From NCBI GenBank assembly GCA_021654395.1, contig AP024486.1:330001-362000 (forward strand): a stretch of DNA of 32,000 nt. Reading direction: 5' to 3'. The stretch's first letter is position 1; each line of letters starts with the position of its first letter. This DNA comes from Candidatus Saccharimonadota bacterium (GTDB taxonomy: Archaea > Micrarchaeota > Micrarchaeia > Micrarchaeales > Micrarchaeaceae). Of the stretch, positions 16,994 through 23,305 are shown in pieces. The translations under genes and the position numbers were made by a program. The notes under the pieces are model-generated. The model had not been told where the DNA came from, did no database searches, and saw only the letters and a program-made list of their open reading frames with translations.

Positions 16994-18338
16994 AGGCAAG
17001 AGCAGAAAAGTGGTAATAGCATTGATACTTATAGCTTTAGCTTTATCATATACCTTTAGCTATTCATTTAGTAAATTACCACAAAGATCTAACAATGTAA
17101 TAGACTTCCAATCAAGCTCGTCTAGCAGCTCACAGATAGACTACTGTCCAATCATATATCCGACTTCTATAAATACAGCATCATCTCTTAATATTAGCTC
17201 ATTGTTTTCAATACTATTCATAGAAGTATTAGCAATGGCATTGATATATGCATTTTTGTATGCAATCTCTATAGCATTTAAGCTCGATAAGCTAAGATCG
17301 TATATTGTAGATAATTTGCCTTCGGTATATCTCGTAGTTATACTAGGATTTATAGTTCTTTTCCTTGTAGATATTGTATATGGTGTATCAAATCCAATAC
17401 AGTCTTTTAATAATGGTCAGTATAGTAATAATATATTTACATATGATGAAGCAACTCTATCAACCGCAATGGGATTCAGTGCAGTCTCATATGGTATATC
17501 ATCAACTATAGGTGGATTTATAGCAGATATTATAGAAAATGCAAATGAACTAGTTGGAGAAGAATCAGTAAATGTTGGCGGCGTATTTGCTCAATTAGGT
17601 TTAAGAGTCTTTAATATAGCAATAAATCCCCTGGTTGGATCTGGTATATTTGTAGAACGACCAGAAGAGTCTGGGGGATTAACCTTGGCGCTTCCTAGCT
17701 CTCCAGTAATATTTAATGATATAATATTGGTATACTTCTTACTATATGGAGCAGGATTGCTTCTGCTTTATATAATATCTGGAGCATTTCCTATCCTGTT
17801 CTTTATAGGATTACCTATGCTAATAATACCCCCATTAAAGCATCTTGGATCCTCTCTTATAGCTATATTTATAGCATTTTATATCGGCTTTCCAGCCCTG
17901 TTCTATCTTTTTACTAATATGCTAGGTACAGTAGCAGCAGGCTCAAGCGCAGCCTTAACTCTAGATTTCACAAACAACATAGCTACTCTATGCAATGCTC
18001 TTAATAGTCTAACTTCATCATCTACAACGTCATCTAGTTTATCCATTCCATTATTATCGCAGCTAGCACAGTTAATAGGCATATTTGGAGATACATTAAA
18101 TACAATATATGCGTTCATACAGGCGCTTTATGGTATAACATTATCTACAGTGTATAATGGAATAACTCCAACGGGCCTAATGAGTATAGACTTTTTAATA
18201 ACTATTCTACCTGGAGCTTACATAATGACCTCACTAGTGTTTTCTATATATATAACATTATATCTAGTAGAAAGCTTAGGAGAAGTATTAGGATCAAGCA
18301 ATATATCCGTAGAATCTGTATTCAAAGAGGTGCTGTAA
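16959..18338 (+). CDS. Polytopic membrane protein, paralog 4 of 6 (unknown family); start uncertain
   Basis: The track ORF starts at GTG 16923 (71-nt overlap). In-frame ATG 16959 gives MLVSQDYQNYYKGKSRKVVIALILIALALSY (basic n-region plus hydrophobic anchor). GTG 17010 is also possible. Poly-Ser linker FQSSSSSSSQIDYC. Block B IGLPMLIIPPLKHLGSSLIAIFIAFYIGFP at 17805-17894. Confidence 0.75.
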   Translation: MLVSQDYQNYYKGKSRKVVIALILIALALSYTFSYSFSKLPQRSNNVIDFQSSSSSSSQIDYCPIIYPTSINTASSLNISSLFSILFIEVLAMALIYAFLYAISIAFKLDKLRSYIVDNLPSVYLVVILGFIVLFLVDIVYGVSNPIQSFNNGQYSNNIFTYDEATLSTAMGFSAVSYGISSTIGGFIADIIENANELVGEESVNVGGVFAQLGLRVFNIAINPLVGSGIFVERPEESGGLTLALPSSPVIFNDIILVYFLLYGAGLLLLYIISGAFPILFFIGLPMLIIPPLKHLGSSLIAIFIAFYIGFPALFYLFTNMLGTVAAGSSAALTLDFTNNIATLCNALNSLTSSSTTSSSLSIPLLSQLAQLIGIFGDTLNTIYAFIQALYGITLSTVYNGITPTGLMSIDFLITILPGAYIMTSLVFSIYITLYLVESLGEVLGSSNISVESVFKEVL

Positions 18339-18339
18339 T

Positions 18340-19386
18340 ATGATAACGCTAACCGGAATACTCGGAAGCATACAAGCAGAATTTCTTGCGTTTGGCAGCA
18401 TAGCGATACTTACAGTAATAGTTGTAGCAGCATTTATATACATGCTAGCATCATTTATAAACAATGGGGGTCTTAAAGAAAAGATGAAGGATGCTGTATT
18501 TAATGCATTTGCATCTCTAATAATGTTAAATCTATTTGTATTCTTCTTTAATCTAGTTAACTTACCTATATACAACGCATACTCAGCAATAGGATTACTT
18601 CCCACAGGAGTTAATCCTAATCTAGAACCAATTCTATCTAATTGTATTATCGGTGCTTATTCTTTTAGTACTAAAACAATAACAATATATAACGCATCGG
18701 TATGCGATGTGGCTCAGCTTTACAACTTTGGCGTAACATCATTCTATGGGATATATTATATAACTTTAGCGACAGTACTATTCCCTCAGATAGAGGTTGC
18801 AGCAGATGTTTTTGGTATTGGTACAGTATCATCAGCCTTTGGTTTCTTTAATAATATAACAGAAAGTGGATTGGACTTTCTACTAGAGATAATATTCTTC
18901 CTACTTCTATTCGATGCTCTCCAGTTCATTATACTGAATGCATCATACATAATATTTCTTTTGTTTATAGCAATAGGTCTAATAGCAAGAATATTTCCAT
19001 TTGCAAGAAAGTTTGGTGGTGGTCTTATAGCACTTGGATTAACTTTAGGTCTAATATATCCTCTTATCGCTTCTGTGTTATATGGATATGTGAACACTGC
19101 TATATATCAAACAGAGCTTAGTTATATTATAAACACCGCTACATCGTCAACTTCAAGCAGCGCTATTATTGCTACTACAAGCAATCCATCACTTAGTATA
19201 TTCTATTCAATTCCTACTATAATAAAAATACTAGAAGGTCTTTTCTATATAGCAGGACTAGTTATAGCGGGATCTTCAATACTTCCTTTAATAATATTAG
19301 CAATACTGGATGGCTTTGTAAAAGATCTATCCGGTTTATTCGGTTTGCAGTTAGAGATAGGATCTTTATTTAGTGGTTTACTATGA
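18340..19386 (+). CDS. Polytopic membrane protein, paralog 5 of 6 (unknown family)
   Basis: 348 aa, short type (no N-terminal anchor or linker). GAGGTG SD at 18327-18332. 1-nt gap to the previous stop. Block B IGLIARIFPFARKFGGGLIALGLTLGLIYP at 18973-19062. Ser/Thr tract TATSSTSSSAIIATTSNPS. Confidence 0.8.
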   Translation: MITLTGILGSIQAEFLAFGSIAILTVIVVAAFIYMLASFINNGGLKEKMKDAVFNAFASLIMLNLFVFFFNLVNLPIYNAYSAIGLLPTGVNPNLEPILSNCIIGAYSFSTKTITIYNASVCDVAQLYNFGVTSFYGIYYITLATVLFPQIEVAADVFGIGTVSSAFGFFNNITESGLDFLLEIIFFLLLFDALQFIILNASYIIFLLFIAIGLIARIFPFARKFGGGLIALGLTLGLIYPLIASVLYGYVNTAIYQTELSYIINTATSSTSSSAIIATTSNPSLSIFYSIPTIIKILEGLFYIAGLVIAGSSILPLIILAILDGFVKDLSGLFGLQLEIGSLFSGLL

Positions 19387-20516
19387 TGGCGTACATCTAC
19401 ATATCATTAGTATTATTAATTGCATCACATCTCATACTGCTAATACCTGGAAGTGGGGGCCCACCACCAACAGGCTCGCAGCAGCTAATATGTAGCTCAC
19501 CAGGCTTTAATGGCTTGCCTGCTAGTCTATTACCTTCCTATATAGCAGAATGGTACTGTCCAATAAACTCATTTATAGTCGCTGAACTCAATAGCTATAT
19601 CTACTTAATAAGCCTTGTTCTTATTATACCGTACTTAGTATCTTCAGTACTAATATCAATAGGAATAGCTTTTAAATTAGATAAAGTAAGAAGATATGGC
19701 GTTGCAGAGCTCTATGATGCTGTTGCCTCATCAATAATGCTTATACTATTTATCTACATATCTGCGATACTCTTTGGGGACATACCCGGAATATACGTCG
19801 GTCCTGTAGATCCTTACACATACGTTATATTTAACATTAATAATATACTGCAAGAGCTAGAAAGCTTATATACTAACTTATACTATAGCGCCTATGGGCC
19901 TTATACTATTACATCTCTAACTATATCTTTAATACCAAATCTGTTTAATCTGTTGAATCCTGTAGCAAATGCAATACTAAGCACCTTCTATCTTGGATAT
20001 CTGAACTCTTATGTTATTCCAGCGTTAGCACTGAGCAGCATAATTATATCTGCAACAGATCTATTAACATTAGAGCTATACTTAATAGAGTTCTTTGGTA
20101 TAATAGCAATACCTGCATTTATTATACCTGGCTTATTAATTAGAGTATTTCTTCCATTAAGAGGAGTCGGAGCTTCGATGGTTGCTATAGGCTTTACATT
20201 ATTCTTAATTGTTCCTACTCTATTTTCTATAGCTGTCTATCTGACTTCTAATACTGTATCTGGTTCATTAGAGAATGCAATAGGGTTAGCACAATCTCTA
20301 AGTGGAGTTAATGCAGTAAAGTATACTGGTAGCTCTCTTGCTTTGGGCGTTAGCGTTACATTTGGTATAGAGAATGCTCTAGACCAGATATTTCTATTAG
20401 CACTCTTCTATCCTGCATTAATAGTCGTTGTAGCATTCTCTGCTATACAGCAGCTTACATCGATATTAGGGGGAAGTGCACAGGTAGGGCAGAGATTTAG
20501 AGCAGCATTCATATGA
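19383..20516 (+). CDS. Polytopic membrane protein, paralog 6 of 6 (unknown family)
   Basis: 377 aa. ATGA overlap with the previous gene. N-terminal anchor YIYISLVLLIASHLILLI, then linker PGSGGPPPTGSQQLIC. Block B PGLLIRVFLPLRGVGASMVAIGFTLFLIVP at 20127-20216. Confidence 0.8.
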   Translation: MMAYIYISLVLLIASHLILLIPGSGGPPPTGSQQLICSSPGFNGLPASLLPSYIAEWYCPINSFIVAELNSYIYLISLVLIIPYLVSSVLISIGIAFKLDKVRRYGVAELYDAVASSIMLILFIYISAILFGDIPGIYVGPVDPYTYVIFNINNILQELESLYTNLYYSAYGPYTITSLTISLIPNLFNLLNPVANAILSTFYLGYLNSYVIPALALSSIIISATDLLTLELYLIEFFGIIAIPAFIIPGLLIRVFLPLRGVGASMVAIGFTLFLIVPTLFSIAVYLTSNTVSGSLENAIGLAQSLSGVNAVKYTGSSLALGVSVTFGIENALDQIFLLALFYPALIVVVAFSAIQQLTSILGGSAQVGQRFRAAFI

Positions 20517-20761
20517 GAGCAGTGACCACTGTAGCCACACTTCTGTTTTAGATAGCATTAAAGCCTAAGCGGCATAACGCCTTGCATAATCATAGCCAGT
20601 ATGCGGCAGGTCTCACTCTGCTATATAAGGCTCGTAGAGTCATCGCTTTCTCTTATATAGCAGATCTCCTTTCTGTTCCGCATACAAAGACTTATCTGTT
20701 GGCTCATATGGTGGAGCTTCCTCCGCTCTACAGAGCGGTAGCTATCCATGGATCACTACTC
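20517..20761 (-). ncRNA. rnpB: RNase P RNA (compact archaeal form, about 245 nt)
   Basis: The minus-strand reading begins GAGUAGUGAUC CAUGGAUAGC UA CCGCUC-UGUA-GAGCGG AGGAAGCUCCACCAUAUGAGCC and ends GCUAUCUAAAACAGAAGUGUGGCUACAGUGGUCACUGCUC. P1 is GAGUAGUGAUC paired with GGUCACUGCUC (11 bp including G-U pairs). P2 is GGAUAGC paired with GCUAUCU. P3 is the hairpin CCGCUC/GAGCGG. A CR-I-like GAGGAAGCUCC (consensus GAGGAAAGUCC) and a CR-V-like ACAGAAGUGUGGCUA (consensus ACAGAAnnnGGCUUA) can form P4. An internal perfect 13-bp helix is UCUGCUAUAUAAG/CUUAUAUAGCAGA. Local GC is visibly higher than the surroundings. Confidence 0.72.
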
Positions 20762-20968
20762 TCATTTTATTGCCAATCTTATATCGGATTTCTTAACAGT
20801 CCTTCTTTTAGCATGCTTAGCCAATAGGACTGCTTTTTTAGCTATAGCTATAGCATAGGCTTCGAGATATCTCTCTAACTCCTCAATGGCAGCAGGGCTA
20901 ATACGCTTAGCGCCATTATCCTTTAATAGCTTCTTTAAAGCGCTCCTCTTAATGTACATAATTATCAT
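20762..20968 (-). CDS. Archaeal histone (HMf family, histone fold)
   Basis: 68 aa. The pattern RISPAAIEELERYLEAYAIAIAKKAVLLAKHAKRRTVKKSDIRLAIK is a canonical archaeal histone (...A...L......A...A.HAGRKTV...DI.LA). Confidence 0.85.
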   Translation of the reverse strand: MIIMYIKRSALKKLLKDNGAKRISPAAIEELERYLEAYAIAIAKKAVLLAKHAKRRTVKKSDIRLAIK

Positions 20969-21019
20969 TAAGATTATTAGAAGAAATCTATTTAAAATAA
21001 AGAGTTTTAATTTAATAGA

Positions 21020-22558
21020 ATGGATAGAAAGCGTATATTAGCTATAGTAATCATAATCTCTGGGCTGCTATTTATCTATGTAGATTACTTCTACCTTAGA
21101 TTGCTAGGAGTTGGTAATCAGATAGTTTTAGCTTTAGCATATATGATAGCATCTGGCCTATATATTAAGAAGTTAATCAATACAGAAGGCTACTACGGAA
21201 TGTATCTAGTAAAGACAGAGCGCGGTATAAGAGCAATATACAGGATAGCTAAAAGATATAAGAAGATATGGATAATCTTAAGCATATGGGGCTTATCGCT
21301 GTCATTTGGACTACTGTCTTTAATATTAGTAAGAAAGATAAAGGATCTGAAGCTATCGAAGTATATAGTAGCTTTTATAGGAATAATAATGATACCAATA
21401 GTATTCATACTATTTGAAGCATTCGGTCCATACCCCTTAGAGTTCATAAAGCTATTCTCAGTAAACACAAACCTTAATCTACCAAACTTCCCAGATCTGC
21501 AGCTATATATCTCTAGTTTAACTCTTACTGGATATATACTAATAGCGATAGATACTATAACTGGCTTCTCAGGATTTATATTAAGCCTATTGTTCTATAA
21601 CGCTTATACTATACTAAGTAGCCTTTTTAATCTAGGGATCTCTTTCATAACAGAGCAGCTTCTAATAGTATTTGCTTCATATGCAAAGATATCCATTATT
21701 CAAGCATCATCAATAATAGCTCCTAGCGTATCTGTAGTCAAGAATCAGATACCAGGAGTATCTCCGATAATACCCGGCTTGAATCTTCCTCTAATTGCAG
21801 GTATAATAGCATTAGCTATAATACTATATGTGCATGAGCTATCTCATGGTATACTCTCTGCTGGATATAAGGCAAAGATAAAGAGTGTTGGAGTAGTTAT
21901 GTTTGGTGCCTTGCCTGTTGGAGCATTTGTTGAGCCAGAAGACAAACAGCTAAAGGAGCTAGATGACTATAAGAAGACAAATGTATTTGTTGCTGGTGTC
22001 TCATTCAATTTCTTAACTGCTTTAATCGCATTGATACTATTTATACCATTGCTTTATTATGCAAATAGCTCTATCTTTGAATCTGGCTTTGTAATAGTCT
22101 CAACAGTAAAGGGATATCCTGCTTATGGAGTAATACCTAATGGATCAGTAATAGAAAGATGGAATGGAATAAATATAACTAACATATCTACCTTAAACGA
22201 GGCAGCGAGGTTAGACTCCATAAGTAATATAAGTGTTATAAATACAAGCAACGGAAACTTTACATTGCATCTAAATGAGTATAATAAGAGCAACCATCTA
22301 TTGGGTATACGTGTAGAGCTAATGTATATAGTGAAACCGGGCCTTAGTCATAGCATACTTTATTTTCTATATAGGCTTACTGGACTAATCTTTCTACTTA
22401 GCTTCTTGGTCGCTACAACAAATCTGTTACCTATACCTGGATTTGATGGATGGCAGATCTATAAGACAAATATAAAGAGCAGATTAATAATGAATCTAAT
22501 AGTTGCAATAATGCTTATAGGCATAATGCTAAATATAGTGCCTTATCTATTTAAGTAA
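21020..22558 (+). CDS. Site-2 protease (peptidase M50) with PDZ-like insert
   Basis: HExxH in LYVHELSHGILSAGY. The second metal-ligand motif is TNLLPIPGFDGWQI (NxxPxxxLDG type). A soluble segment between them (VSTVKGYPAYGVIPNGSVIERWNGINI) looks PDZ-like. A long N-terminal multi-TM extension precedes the HExxH. Confidence 0.8.
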   Translation: MDRKRILAIVIIISGLLFIYVDYFYLRLLGVGNQIVLALAYMIASGLYIKKLINTEGYYGMYLVKTERGIRAIYRIAKRYKKIWIILSIWGLSLSFGLLSLILVRKIKDLKLSKYIVAFIGIIMIPIVFILFEAFGPYPLEFIKLFSVNTNLNLPNFPDLQLYISSLTLTGYILIAIDTITGFSGFILSLLFYNAYTILSSLFNLGISFITEQLLIVFASYAKISIIQASSIIAPSVSVVKNQIPGVSPIIPGLNLPLIAGIIALAIILYVHELSHGILSAGYKAKIKSVGVVMFGALPVGAFVEPEDKQLKELDDYKKTNVFVAGVSFNFLTALIALILFIPLLYYANSSIFESGFVIVSTVKGYPAYGVIPNGSVIERWNGINITNISTLNEAARLDSISNISVINTSNGNFTLHLNEYNKSNHLLGIRVELMYIVKPGLSHSILYFLYRLTGLIFLLSFLVATTNLLPIPGFDGWQIYKTNIKSRLIMNLIVAIMLIGIMLNIVPYLFK

Positions 22559-22570
22559 TCTATTAAGCGC

Positions 22571-23305
22571 TTATATATATCTTAATCTGCCCAGCTCGCC
22601 AAAGTCTAGGCTCTCATTACCATCTATAAGTATAGCATGTAGCTTATCTATATTACATCTTCTTAACAATGGAGAGAGTATCTGACTCTTTGGTATTATA
22701 TTAAGATCTGTACCAGTAGAGTAATACCCCAAAGCAGGTAGTACTAGAATTCTATGCTTATTACACCTTCCATACAAGAAGCACTTATACTTTCTTTTTG
22801 CTCCTACTTTAGTATATATAGTAACTGCAGGATGCTCGTGGCCCATTATTATAGTATCTATATCACTAATATCTAGATCCACATCTCCATGAGTAAACAG
22901 ATATCTGTCTATCTTAACATACTGATCATAGCTCTTAAATTTAAATGCATCCTTATATCTGTCTATAAAGTTATCATGATTTCCCTTTATAAAGATCATA
23001 TCTAAAGATAGATCTTTAAGGAATCTGATAAACTCGTATAGCTCATTAAACTCCCCTAAAGAGACTTCGCTGAACTCGTTTTTTATATCGCCTGTTACTA
23101 TTATGCCCTTTGGCTTAAATCTATCATAAGCCCTCTGGATCTTATCTTTTATCATCTTTAAGCTTGCTTTTGGTATTAGTATTCCAGAGCTTCCCATAAC
23201 ATCTTCGTAGCCCAGATGCAGATCTGTAGCTACTATATAGTCTAATGTTCTTATATAAGCTATCTCTAATCCATCAAGAATCTCAATATCATTATCTAGT
23301 ATCAT
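22571..23305 (-). CDS. Calcineurin-like metallophosphoesterase (PdeM/MPE-like, Lhr-associated)
   Basis: Motifs ATDLHLG (DxH), TGDIKNEF (GD), IKGNHDN (GNHD/E), GHEHP (GH..H). The start overlaps the Lhr 3' end by 14 nt. Confidence 0.75.
   Translation of the reverse strand: MILDNDIEILDGLEIAYIRTLDYIVATDLHLGYEDVMGSSGILIPKASLKMIKDKIQRAYDRFKPKGIIVTGDIKNEFSEVSLGEFNELYEFIRFLKDLSLDMIFIKGNHDNFIDRYKDAFKFKSYDQYVKIDRYLFTHGDVDLDISDIDTIIMGHEHPAVTIYTKVGAKRKYKCFLYGRCNKHRILVLPALGYYSTGTDLNIIPKSQILSPLLRRCNIDKLHAILIDGNESLDFGELGRLRYI

Noticed and set aside
10893-20761. Idea that the seven-gene block is an integrated element or provirus inserted at tRNA-Ala
   Set aside because: I found no integrase, recombinase, replication or packaging ATPase gene. 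I found no copy of the tRNA-Ala 3' half near 20517-20760, and no small-ORF mosaic typical of archaeal proviruses or plasmids. A mobile origin is not excluded but is not supported by the sequence.
20582-20827. 81-aa + strand ORF
   Set aside because: It overlaps the structured RNase P RNA region and the histone gene 3' end. It has no SD and an odd composition, and is explained by the locally higher GC of an RNA gene.
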